Below are positions 10,401 to 18,477 of a DNA stretch of 64,000 nt, piece after piece (positions within the stretch are counted from its first letter, which is position 1; each line of letters opens with the position of its first letter). A program made the translations under genes and the position numbers. The notes beneath the pieces are model-generated. The model was not told the DNA's origin. It saw nothing but the letters and a program-made list of their open reading frames with translations, and made no database searches. Source of the stretch: Calditrichota bacterium (GTDB lineage: Bacteria > Electryoneota > B3-LCP); contig JAGVQJ010000153.1 of NCBI GenBank assembly GCA_020051775.1, forward strand, positions 4,115 through 68,114. The letters are read 5' to 3'.

Positions 10401-10520
10401 CAGGAAGCCGGAACCCATCAAGTGATGTTCGATGGATCAAGATTGGCTTCAGGTCTGTACTTTGTCCGACTGCAATCAGGCGATTTCAACGCCACTCAGA
10501 AGATGATGCTGTTGAAATAA
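7449..10520 (+). CDS. Subtilisin-like S8 serine peptidase with propeptide, middle domain and T9SS CTD (paralog 1)
   Basis: The catalytic triad is visible: Asp in VGIVDSGID, His in HGTHCAG and Ser in GTSFSTP. An N-terminal propeptide-like region and signal peptide are present. A PPPPPP linker leads into the pre-CTD module and the T9SS CTD. Confidence 0.9.
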   Translation: MHSVRYVALIALLVLLQSVLFAADSYIQTPTGEIKGRLVVELDESLGSIQTDTQSGVAQIGFPALDALARQYRVYSFSRAFPGVPKPEGGEFLDMTRYYLLEFPVGVNLNAIAHDYSVQPGILSTHFDRMIALDYIPNDPSWGSQWALTTVQAPVAFDYCQGSTTVKVGIVDSGIDTTHSDLKNNLWVNPGEDLNHNGIIELIEWNGMDDDGNGYPDDFYGWNFYGSNNDVQDLPTSQNGGHGTHCAGDASAVTNNGVGIASLGYKAKIITARAGLGLTVSVIAAANGMNYCTMQGAKAINLSFGSSSTDPFLPGSISYAWSQGVAVFASAGNSNSSAVHYPAAYDYTVAVASTNASDQKSWFSNYGTWVDLCAPGDGILSTVPPNTYVAWDGTSFSTPITVGLAALVWAAKPSWTNQQVITHIQNTCTNINAQNPSYIGMLGTGRINAGNAIGSLYPNLSYVEQLFNDSLGGNNNHRPDPGESVQLWLTLRNTSSTIPATGVQVSVTCSDTTITLTQTSSVFGTINPGQMVNNHASPIAFTVSQTAQAHNATFVLTLTETGMGVTQVTNLVQQIGQPLLLLVDDAGANLFGPYYTQTLDSLGMGYQYWSVNSQGVPDTAYANDFPMMIWFTGMVSSSVISTTEQTLIQTYLNNGGKLFINGQNIAQSLNTASPTFLHNTLHANFGTANTMVQVLNGVAGNPIGNGLNLDCSLGGSGSGSNINPDGISVIAPAGEAFIYQSSAYRGGLTYTGTSNEMLVFFSFAYEAISGQNSTADRYQVMSTILSWFGAAPPPPPPALDVTLTPVNPPITIPANGGSFQFNAAVLRTTGPQAPFYGWARMKYPNGTYSNPTLGPVQINPPVGVTITRLRIQNIASTHPSGITTYLGYANTTFTYPAMDSSFFTFTKLAIADNGPWVNNSTCSGEPFPGEIMTSTPEAFSLVSINPNPFNPATSIRYQLSPSSRVSLKVYDMAGRLVAELVNGTQEAGTHQVMFDGSRLASGLYFVRLQSGDFNATQKMMLLK

Positions 10521-10614
10521 TCAATCTACCATCAACCGATAACTTAAGAAACAAAAGGGGCGGGCCAAGTCCGCCCCTGCCAATACTAAAGTCATATATA
10601 GCGGAGGATCGCAC

Positions 10615-13600
10615 ATGCGTTATTATCAGTATCTCACCTTAATGCTGGCGGTGTTAAGCTTGACTTGGGGTTTCGCTCAGGCGGAAAATCCCTATCTGCT
10701 GACGCCTGCGAATGAGGTCAAAGGCCGTCTGGTCGTCGAGATAGATCCCACCCTCGGCCCTATTCAAGTCAAAAATCAGGACGGTATCGTTCAAATTGGA
10801 AATCCCGCCTTGGATGCGCTGGCACGCCAATATCACGTCTATTCCCTCGCTCGGGCGTTTCCCGGAGCGCGTATTCCAATCAACCCGGAAATCCAGGACA
10901 TGACCCATTATTACTTGCTGGAATTTCCGGTGGAGATGGATCTTCACGCCGCCCTGGCCGATTTCCGGAGCGCTAGTTCGATTTTGGATGCACAGGTGGA
11001 TCGTGCGATCAAATTGGATTATACACCCAACGACACCTACTTCCCAAATCAATGGGGTTTGTCAACAGTGCAGGCGCCAGTAGCATTCGATTATTACATG
11101 GGCAGCCCTACGGTAAAAGTGTGCATCGTGGATTCCGGCATTGACACGGCTCACGTGGATCTGCGTAATAACCTCTGGATCAATCCCGGAGAGGATTTGA
11201 ACCACAACGGCATCATCGAGATGATCGAGTGGAACGGCATAGATAACGACGCCAACGGTTATACTGACGATTTCTACGGCTGGAATTTCTACAACAACAA
11301 CAACAACGTCCAGGATCTGCCGGTCAGTCAGGGCGGCGGTCACGGAACGCACTGCGCCGGGGATGCCTCTGCTGTGACGGATAATGGGCTGGGAGTAGCC
11401 AGTCTGGGCTGCAAGGCTAAAATTATCACTTCGCGCGCCGGCTTAGGCGGGACGGTTTTGTTAACCGCCGCTGCCAACGGTATCTATTACGCCGCGAACA
11501 TGGGCGCCGACGTAATCAACCTCTCCTTCGGCAGTGACTTTACCGAGCCTTTCTTGCCCCCAGCGATCAACAATGCTTGGAGCCAGGGCGCCATCATCTG
11601 CGGAGCGGCGGGCAACAACGGCGTTTCTACACCGCATTACCCGGGGGCATACGCCAACACAGTCGCCGTGGCGGCAACCGCTCCAGGCGACAACCTCGCC
11701 ACCTTCTCAAACTACGGAACCTGGGTGGATCTGTGCGCTCCGGGTCAGTCCATCATCAACACCGTGCCCGGAAATTCCTACGAATCCTGGGATGGCACTT
11801 CATTTTCCAGCCCCCTTACGGTAGGCTTATGCGCTCTGGTTTGGGGATGCAAACCGACCTGGACCAACCAGCAGGTTATCACTCATGTTCAAACAACCTG
11901 CACCAACATCAATTCCCAAAATCCTCAGTATATTGGCTTAATGGGCTCCGGCCGTATCAACGCCGGCCAGGCGATTTCCGTCCTGTTCCCGCACCTTTCC
12001 TATACTGAACAGGTTTTCAACGACACTTTGGGCGGCAACGGCGATCTTCGTCCCGACCCGGGCGAAACGGTGCGTTTGTGGTTGACCATGTCCAACACTT
12101 CCACCACAGTCGCCGCCACCGGCGTAACCGTTACAGCCACCTGCTCAGATCCGAGCATCACCATTACGCAAGCCAGTTCGACGCTGGGTAATATCCCCAT
12201 CGGCAGTTCAGCCAATAACCACCTCAGTCCAATCATGTTCACGGTGAGTTCTACGTCCACACCTCACGAAGCTACCTTCACTCTTTCGATGCACGAAACC
12301 GGGATGAACTTCACCCAGGTTGCCACCATCACGCAGATGATCGGCCGCCCGCCCATCGTGATCGTAGATGACGACGGCGGCTCGAATTTCCAGATCTGGT
12401 ATGATATGGATCTTGATTCGCTGAATCAGATCCACGACATTTGGAATGTGACTACCGCAGGCTCGATCCCCACGACAACCTTACAACTGTATTCGCTAGC
12501 CATCTGGCACACCTCCAATGCTGCCAATCCACTGACTGCCGGTGAACAGACCACCATCACGAGCTACTTGAGCAACGGCGGCCACCTCTTCTTGGTGGGT
12601 GAGAACATTGACGAACAGATGGCGGGTCAGCCTTTCTATGCCAATACCTTACATGCCACTTCACTTGCGACCGCGGGATCTTTCCAACTAACGGGAGTCG
12701 CCGGCGATACCATCTCAAACGGGACGTCTCTGTTCCTGGCCGGAGGCACCGGCGCCGGTAACAGCCTTTCACCTAATTGCATCAGCCCAACTGGTGGCGC
12801 AGTGGCGGTATATACGTACAACGTCAACAGCTTGGGTGGCGGTCTTCGCTGGAATTCGGGTGTCAATAAACTCGTGTACTTTGCCTTCAATTTCGAGGCA
12901 ACCTCGGGTCTTGCTGGGACCACTTTGCGGCGCACTGTCCTCAACAATATCATTACCTGGTTGGGCGTTTCGTCGCCACCCCCGCCGCCCCCTGCTTTAG
13001 ATGTGACTCTGACGCCGGTGAATCCACCCATTACTATTCCGGCGAATGGCGGCAGCTTCCAGTTCAACGCTGCGGTGCAACGCACTACCGGCCCGCAAGC
13101 CGTCTTCTGGGCTTGGGCGCGGATGAAATACCCCAACGGAACCTACAGCGGCCCCACCTTAGGGCCTGTGCAGATCAATCCGCCGGTAGGTGTGACCATC
13201 ACCCGCTTGCGCAATCAGAACATCGCCTCCACTCATCCTGCTGGAGTGACGACTTACCTGGGTTATGCCAATACGACTTTCACCTACCCGGCCATTGATA
13301 GCAGCTCCTTTACCTTCACCAAGCTGGTGATTTCTAACAACGGCCCCTGGGTGAATGACTACAGCTGCTCTGGCGAACCATTCCCGGGTGAAGTGATGCC
13401 GATCGCACCTGTGTCCTTTGCGCTGATCGAAGCTAATCCCAATCCTTTTAACCCTGTCACAACACTCAGCTTCACTCTGCCGGAAGCTTCGCTTGTCGTC
13501 CTGAACGTATACGACATTCAAGGGCGACTGGTCATCACTCTGGTAAATGGTCTGCGCGAAGCCGGTCAGCACCAGGTAACCTTTGACGGATCAACCCTGG

Positions 13601-13674
13601 CCTCAGGTGTGTATCTATACGCTCTGGAAGCTGGAACAAATTCAGCCACGGGTAAGATGGTGCTGATGAAATAG
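10615..13674 (+). CDS. Subtilisin-like S8 serine peptidase (paralog 2, tandem duplicate)
   Basis: It has the same architecture as 7449-10520 and is roughly 60-80% identical across domains. The motifs are VCIVDSGID, HGTHCAG and GTSFSSP. The CTD reads NPFNPVTTLSFTLP...TGKMVLMK. Confidence 0.9.
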   Translation: MRYYQYLTLMLAVLSLTWGFAQAENPYLLTPANEVKGRLVVEIDPTLGPIQVKNQDGIVQIGNPALDALARQYHVYSLARAFPGARIPINPEIQDMTHYYLLEFPVEMDLHAALADFRSASSILDAQVDRAIKLDYTPNDTYFPNQWGLSTVQAPVAFDYYMGSPTVKVCIVDSGIDTAHVDLRNNLWINPGEDLNHNGIIEMIEWNGIDNDANGYTDDFYGWNFYNNNNNVQDLPVSQGGGHGTHCAGDASAVTDNGLGVASLGCKAKIITSRAGLGGTVLLTAAANGIYYAANMGADVINLSFGSDFTEPFLPPAINNAWSQGAIICGAAGNNGVSTPHYPGAYANTVAVAATAPGDNLATFSNYGTWVDLCAPGQSIINTVPGNSYESWDGTSFSSPLTVGLCALVWGCKPTWTNQQVITHVQTTCTNINSQNPQYIGLMGSGRINAGQAISVLFPHLSYTEQVFNDTLGGNGDLRPDPGETVRLWLTMSNTSTTVAATGVTVTATCSDPSITITQASSTLGNIPIGSSANNHLSPIMFTVSSTSTPHEATFTLSMHETGMNFTQVATITQMIGRPPIVIVDDDGGSNFQIWYDMDLDSLNQIHDIWNVTTAGSIPTTTLQLYSLAIWHTSNAANPLTAGEQTTITSYLSNGGHLFLVGENIDEQMAGQPFYANTLHATSLATAGSFQLTGVAGDTISNGTSLFLAGGTGAGNSLSPNCISPTGGAVAVYTYNVNSLGGGLRWNSGVNKLVYFAFNFEATSGLAGTTLRRTVLNNIITWLGVSSPPPPPPALDVTLTPVNPPITIPANGGSFQFNAAVQRTTGPQAVFWAWARMKYPNGTYSGPTLGPVQINPPVGVTITRLRNQNIASTHPAGVTTYLGYANTTFTYPAIDSSSFTFTKLVISNNGPWVNDYSCSGEPFPGEVMPIAPVSFALIEANPNPFNPVTTLSFTLPEASLVVLNVYDIQGRLVITLVNGLREAGQHQVTFDGSTLASGVYLYALEAGTNSATGKMVLMK

Positions 13675-13906
13675 AAGATTGCATACTCTCAGTCGAAAAA
13701 GGCGCTCGGTTTGCTCCCGGTCGCCTTTTCTTTTGTTATAAAATGACAGGAGATTATAACCCATATCTGCGCCAATCCCAGTCCCTGTCGAGAGAGCATT
13801 TTTAATTTGTCACATTTTGCTTGTCTTTCTTAACATGAAAAGCTATATTGGAGCAATACTACAAGTGAAGCAACACCTTGTTAATCAACATTTATTGCGC
13901 CTTTAT

Positions 13907-14641
13907 ATGGTTAAACTGGAAAATCTGACCAAAGACTTTGCCCGTGTTCGAGCAGTGGATGATTTATCCCTGCACGTGCGGCATGGTGAGATATTCGGCT
14001 TTTTAGGCCCTAACGGAGCGGGCAAGAGCACGACTATCCGTTTGATGATAGGTTTACTAAAACCCACTTGGGGACGCGTTCTCGTTGATGGGATTGATCT
14101 GGCCACAAAACCGCGCCATGTGAAACGTATCATCGGTTATGTCCCCGATCAACCCTTCCTTTATGATCGCCTGTCCGGTCGTGAGTTTATCACCTTTCAC
14201 GCTCAGCTCTTCCAGGTGCCACAGGATCGCCAGCAGAACGCATTAAGCGAACTTTCCAAACGATTGGGGATGGACGGTCTCTTAGACGAGAGGATCGAAA
14301 GCTACTCCCAGGGCGCTCGTCAAAAGATCGCAATTTTGGGAGCGCTGATTCATGAACCTCGACTTATTGTACTGGACGAACCGTTGGTAGGATTGGATCC
14401 CAAATCAGCGCGCATTTTGAAGGATATCCTGCGCGAACGCGTCAACGACGGCGCCACCGTTTTTCTTTCCACGCACATCCTCCCCATCGCGCAGGAATTA
14501 TGCGATCGTATGGCCATTATAGATCGGGGGAAATTGTTGGCTCTGGGCGGATACGAGGAGATCCGCGGTCGTGAAGATGCGAATCTGGAATCGGCCTTTT
14601 TACGCATTACGGAAAGCAGCCCGACAGGCGAAACGCCATGA
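13907..14641 (+). CDS. ABC transporter ATP-binding protein
   Basis: Walker A GPNGAGKST, the ABC signature YSQGARQKIA and Walker B LIVLDEP are present. The ORF track opens at a TTG at 13817. The ATG at 13907 (MVKLENLTKDF) matches the usual ABC ATPase N-terminus. The start remains uncertain. Confidence 0.8.
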   Translation: MVKLENLTKDFARVRAVDDLSLHVRHGEIFGFLGPNGAGKSTTIRLMIGLLKPTWGRVLVDGIDLATKPRHVKRIIGYVPDQPFLYDRLSGREFITFHAQLFQVPQDRQQNALSELSKRLGMDGLLDERIESYSQGARQKIAILGALIHEPRLIVLDEPLVGLDPKSARILKDILRERVNDGATVFLSTHILPIAQELCDRMAIIDRGKLLALGGYEEIRGREDANLESAFLRITESSPTGETP

Positions 14642-16356
14642 GGTCGGACTTTCCACGGGGTTCCTCGGCGCGAGCGTTGCTCCTGCTACTGGACCTGAAA
14701 CTGGCAGACTGGGCTGGAGCTTTACGGGGCTTAAAACCCTCAAGAATGATCCGACTGGCGGTCTCACTGATAATGGCCGCGGGAATTGCCGGCGCGGTTT
14801 ATCAGTTCGATCTCTTTGTATTTGGCTATTTGATGAACGTGCCGGACTTGGGCAAGTTGGTCATCGCCCGTTTTTTCGAATCGGCTTTTTTACTGTTTTT
14901 TACAGTTCTACTTATTTCCACCGCATTAACTGCTCTGTCCATGCTCTATCGCGAGGACGAGCTGGCCCTCCTCTTTTCCCTGCCGGTTTCCGAAGGGGTA
15001 ATCTTCACCGCCAAGTATTTGGAAGTCATCCTGTACAGTTCCTGGGCTTTGATTGTTCTGACCATCCCCTTCATTCTCTCCTATGGCGTGTACTTCAAGG
15101 TCAATTGGATCGCGTATTTTAGTCTATTCGGCGGTCTAATGTTACCGCTGGTGATGATTTCCGGGTCTGTCGGCGTGGCCGGAGCGCTGATGCTGCGCTG
15201 GTTATTCGGCGGCATCCCCCGGCGCAAAGTGCTGATCTGGGCCGGTATTACCATGGGGATTGTGGTCGCACTTTTTGTATTTATCATTTCGACGAATAAA
15301 GGCGTCAGCCAAAAAGGGATGCTCTACCTCTTTTCCTGGTTGGAGGCCGGTAGAGCTCAGGGCGCCACGCTAATCCCACACAAACTGATCGCTCAAGGGT
15401 TCACTTCGGTGCTGGAAGAACGATTCGATTCGTTGGAACGGATTATTCTGACTCTGCTGGGATTGTGCGCCTTGATTGTGTTGCTAACGCTGGACATGGG
15501 AAAGGTGTTGTACTATCGGAGCTACCTAGCGGGCAGCGATCGGTCGCTGACTCGCCTCAAACCCAAGCTTGCCAAAACCCCATCCAATTTTATGTTCAGC
15601 TGGCTATCCCCCCTTTATCGGGCTTTGATGCGCAAGGATTTCCTTGAATTTCGCCGTTATCCCTTGCAGTGGGGGCAGGTCTTTTTGCTGCTGGCATTCT
15701 GGGCGCTCTATCTGGCAAACCTCTTGAATGCTCACCGTTTCTTTGACGTCAGCGAACCCTTTTGGAAACTGGCAATCTTTTATGCCAATTTTTGCTTTTC
15801 CTGCTACTTTACGGCAGCGCTGGCAGGACGCTTCGTGTTTCCTTTGATCAGCTTGGAAGGTCCGGCCATCTGGATTCTGCGTTCGGCGCCTCTGGCGATG
15901 GAAAGCGTGCTATGGTCTAAATTCTGGGGTGCATTTTCCCCCTTGTTTTTCTTATCCGGAAGCATGGTATTGATTGGTAATATCTCCTTAGGTATACCCT
16001 TAGGTATGACTGAAGCTTCGCTGTTGGCTATTTTCGTAGTCTCGTTTTCCATGACCGCGCTGGCGTTGGGTTTGGGAGCCGTGTTTGCGGATTTCTCGCA
16101 GCGTAATCCCATGAAAATCGCCAATACCCCGGGAGGCATCCTGTGCATATTGATCAGCCTGGTTTTTATGGTGCTGATCACGACCATTTTCGCGTGGCCT
16201 ACTTACTTGTATTACAAATTCACTGGCTATCACACGGTTTACCCACTGAACGCCTGGACGACTTCCACCATTATCATCATCGCGCTGGGAATCGTCATGA
16301 CCATCTTCCCCTTGAAACTGGGCTTAAAAGCCCTGAACGCCGACCTGAAGGTGTAG
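14638..16356 (+). CDS. ABC-2-type transporter permease, large multi-pass
   Basis: 572 aa with many hydrophobic spans. The start overlaps the ATPase stop (ATGA). Confidence 0.65.
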   Translation: MRSDFPRGSSARALLLLLDLKLADWAGALRGLKPSRMIRLAVSLIMAAGIAGAVYQFDLFVFGYLMNVPDLGKLVIARFFESAFLLFFTVLLISTALTALSMLYREDELALLFSLPVSEGVIFTAKYLEVILYSSWALIVLTIPFILSYGVYFKVNWIAYFSLFGGLMLPLVMISGSVGVAGALMLRWLFGGIPRRKVLIWAGITMGIVVALFVFIISTNKGVSQKGMLYLFSWLEAGRAQGATLIPHKLIAQGFTSVLEERFDSLERIILTLLGLCALIVLLTLDMGKVLYYRSYLAGSDRSLTRLKPKLAKTPSNFMFSWLSPLYRALMRKDFLEFRRYPLQWGQVFLLLAFWALYLANLLNAHRFFDVSEPFWKLAIFYANFCFSCYFTAALAGRFVFPLISLEGPAIWILRSAPLAMESVLWSKFWGAFSPLFFLSGSMVLIGNISLGIPLGMTEASLLAIFVVSFSMTALALGLGAVFADFSQRNPMKIANTPGGILCILISLVFMVLITTIFAWPTYLYYKFTGYHTVYPLNAWTTSTIIIIALGIVMTIFPLKLGLKALNADLKV

Positions 16357-16554
16357 TCTCAAGTTTCGAGTCTCATGTCTCGTGCCCAAGTCATTGTGAG
16401 GAAGCCCCACCGGAGCTGACGAAGCAATCCCCTCCAAAGCGTATTCCCGCCTAAAATCCTTGCTTTTAACCCGAATGACAAGTATATTTTCAGTGGGGGA
16501 ACATGGGAAAAGTAGGACATAGAATAAGTAATCGAACTCTACTGGAATTTTCTT

Positions 16555-16887
16555 ATGCCAACGTCAGCCGAAAAAGAGCTGTCTGACCGGATCGCACGGG
16601 AATTCGCTGCAGAACTTCGACAACGCTTGGGCGACAGCGTGCATAAGATTATCCTGTTCGGATCACGAGCTCGAGGACTTTTTACTGAAGGTGAGGAGTT
16701 TAAGTTCGTCGTAACCGTTGATCATAAAGATCGAGAGATTGATGGACAGATTCTGGACTTTGAAGGGGAGTACTTGGATCGCTATGACCTACTTTTTTCT
16801 TCTCAAGTTATGACGGAAGACATTTGGGAAATTGAGCAGCGTGGTATGTGGGGAGGAGCTATTAAGATGGAAGGAATTAGGTTATAG
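16555..16887 (+). CDS. Minimal nucleotidyltransferase (MNT)-fold protein with a non-canonical active-site motif
   Basis: KIILFGSRARG is identical to the hG[GS] motif of the canonical MNT at 24833. The expected S-D-I-D-L stretch is replaced by TEGEEFKFVV. It lies immediately upstream of a low-GC orphan gene. Confidence 0.5.
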   Translation: MPTSAEKELSDRIAREFAAELRQRLGDSVHKIILFGSRARGLFTEGEEFKFVVTVDHKDREIDGQILDFEGEYLDRYDLLFSSQVMTEDIWEIEQRGMWGGAIKMEGIRL

Positions 16888-16896
16888 GAAACGGCG

Positions 16897-18477
16897 ATGT
16901 CTAAGAAGGTAAAACCAAGAGGACACTATACACCACTAACAAAGCATAAAAAGGAGGGGACCTTACTAAAATCTCCTCTTGGAAGTTATTCAAATTTGGA
17001 GGTCATTGATTGGCCACGAGATTTACTTCCAGAGCATCTTTGGATTGCATCATTGGCTGAATATCATACTCTAGATTCTTGCTATTTGCCTTTTTATAAA
17101 TTCATGGATGCTCTCGACGAATATATACCTGAAGGTAAACAAGCAATAGGTCTAATTTCCGATTTTTCTTTAGTTCCTGATATTAAAAGATCAGAATTTA
17201 TTCAAAAGCACGACTTGCTAATCGAGGCAAGTTTTTATCACCCAGTAGGTCGAATATTATCTCTTTATCCAGAAAATCCAGCTGCATGGCTTATCAGTAA
17301 AGTCTCGTTAGAGCGTGATGGCCATTTAGATCCGTTGGTAGAACTTGCGCATCTTAGAAATTTGGTTATCAAATTATTAGATGGTAAAGATGCATTCTCT
17401 GGTCTCATAAGATCGCTACCATTCGGAAGACTTTTAAAGCACGGTAAATTTAAATTTGCTGCTGGTATGGGAGTTATTGATTTGATACCAAAATATCCGG
17501 TGAAATGTACTGATGAAGAGAAACGATATGTGGAATCTCAAACTAGGATGGCGGTGAATGCGGCCATTCAATTAGATGAACTTTACAAAGCACATATCTG
17601 GCCTAAGCAATTTTGGAATAATAATTTTTACATGACAATTTGTAGGCCAGTATTTATTGTATCACCTGGGGCAAAACCCTTAATAGATGACGAAATTTCA
17701 ACAATTTCCAATAAATTAAAAACGAACTCAAAAATTGCTTTTGAATATCTTGAGAAAATTCGACGAGAGGCAAAATGTGATTTATATAACTCTTCAAAAG
17801 ACGAAGTGTTATTTGGATTAATTTCTCGTTTAATTCGTTTATATTTACTTTTCGCAAATGATCAAAATCTTTGGAGCAAAGACGTTGGAGGCATTATATT
17901 GCGTTGCTTAGCCGATACAGCAATTACATTTGCCTATTTAGCAAAGAAAGGCGATAATGAGTTATTTATGAAATTTATTGAATACGGCCAAGGCCAAGAG
18001 AAACTTCATTTACTACATCTGCAAGATAATTATCCAGACTCTAAATCACTAGATGGAAGGGATACAGATTCTATAGCTGAAGAGCTCGGAGGGTTCTCCA
18101 TAGAGATGATGAATATAGAACTTGGTCAATGGACAAAAAAAGATACAAGGCAACTTGCGAAGGATGCTGGCATGCAGGATGTCTACAGACTTGTATTTTC
18201 ACCTACCAGTGGAGATGTTCATGGTACTTGGGCAAGTTTAGTACAATCAAATCTCTGCGTTTGCACTGAGCCATTACACCGTGGACATAGGCTACCATCC
18301 ACCTTGCTACCACCTGTTTATTATGGTATAATCTGGGTTACGCAACATATTCTAGAAGAATCTCTAAAAATCGGAATTGATCTTTTGAATTTTCCAACCT
18401 TAGTTAAAGAGCTTGAGCCACTACCTCTTTTGGATTCAAACAGAGAATCAGAAAAATCAGGATTACAGGCAACGTGA
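16897..18477 (+). CDS. Hypothetical 526-aa, predicted mostly alpha-helical protein of unknown family on a low-GC island
   Basis: Long ORF with an AGGAAA ribosome-binding site. A sampled 60-nt stretch (17041-17100) is 32% GC, against about 55% in the flanks. I recognise no motif. Its stop overlaps the GTG start of purL (GTGA). Confidence 0.55.
   Translation: MSKKVKPRGHYTPLTKHKKEGTLLKSPLGSYSNLEVIDWPRDLLPEHLWIASLAEYHTLDSCYLPFYKFMDALDEYIPEGKQAIGLISDFSLVPDIKRSEFIQKHDLLIEASFYHPVGRILSLYPENPAAWLISKVSLERDGHLDPLVELAHLRNLVIKLLDGKDAFSGLIRSLPFGRLLKHGKFKFAAGMGVIDLIPKYPVKCTDEEKRYVESQTRMAVNAAIQLDELYKAHIWPKQFWNNNFYMTICRPVFIVSPGAKPLIDDEISTISNKLKTNSKIAFEYLEKIRREAKCDLYNSSKDEVLFGLISRLIRLYLLFANDQNLWSKDVGGIILRCLADTAITFAYLAKKGDNELFMKFIEYGQGQEKLHLLHLQDNYPDSKSLDGRDTDSIAEELGGFSIEMMNIELGQWTKKDTRQLAKDAGMQDVYRLVFSPTSGDVHGTWASLVQSNLCVCTEPLHRGHRLPSTLLPPVYYGIIWVTQHILEESLKIGIDLLNFPTLVKELEPLPLLDSNRESEKSGLQAT

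Noticed and set aside
9829-13080. Recent gene conversion between the two S8 paralogs in the pre-CTD module
   Set aside because: The aligned nucleotide sequences differ at many synonymous positions (for example ctggacgtgacactcacaccagtc versus ttagatgtgactctgacgccggtg). The high protein identity therefore reflects purifying selection, not recent homogenisation.
13817-13906. TTG-initiated N-terminal extension of the ABC ATPase
   Set aside because: The extension (LLVFLNMKSYIGAILQVKQHLVNQHLLRLY) does not resemble ABC N-termini. The ATG at 13907 (MVKLENLTKDF) gives the usual spacing to Walker A.
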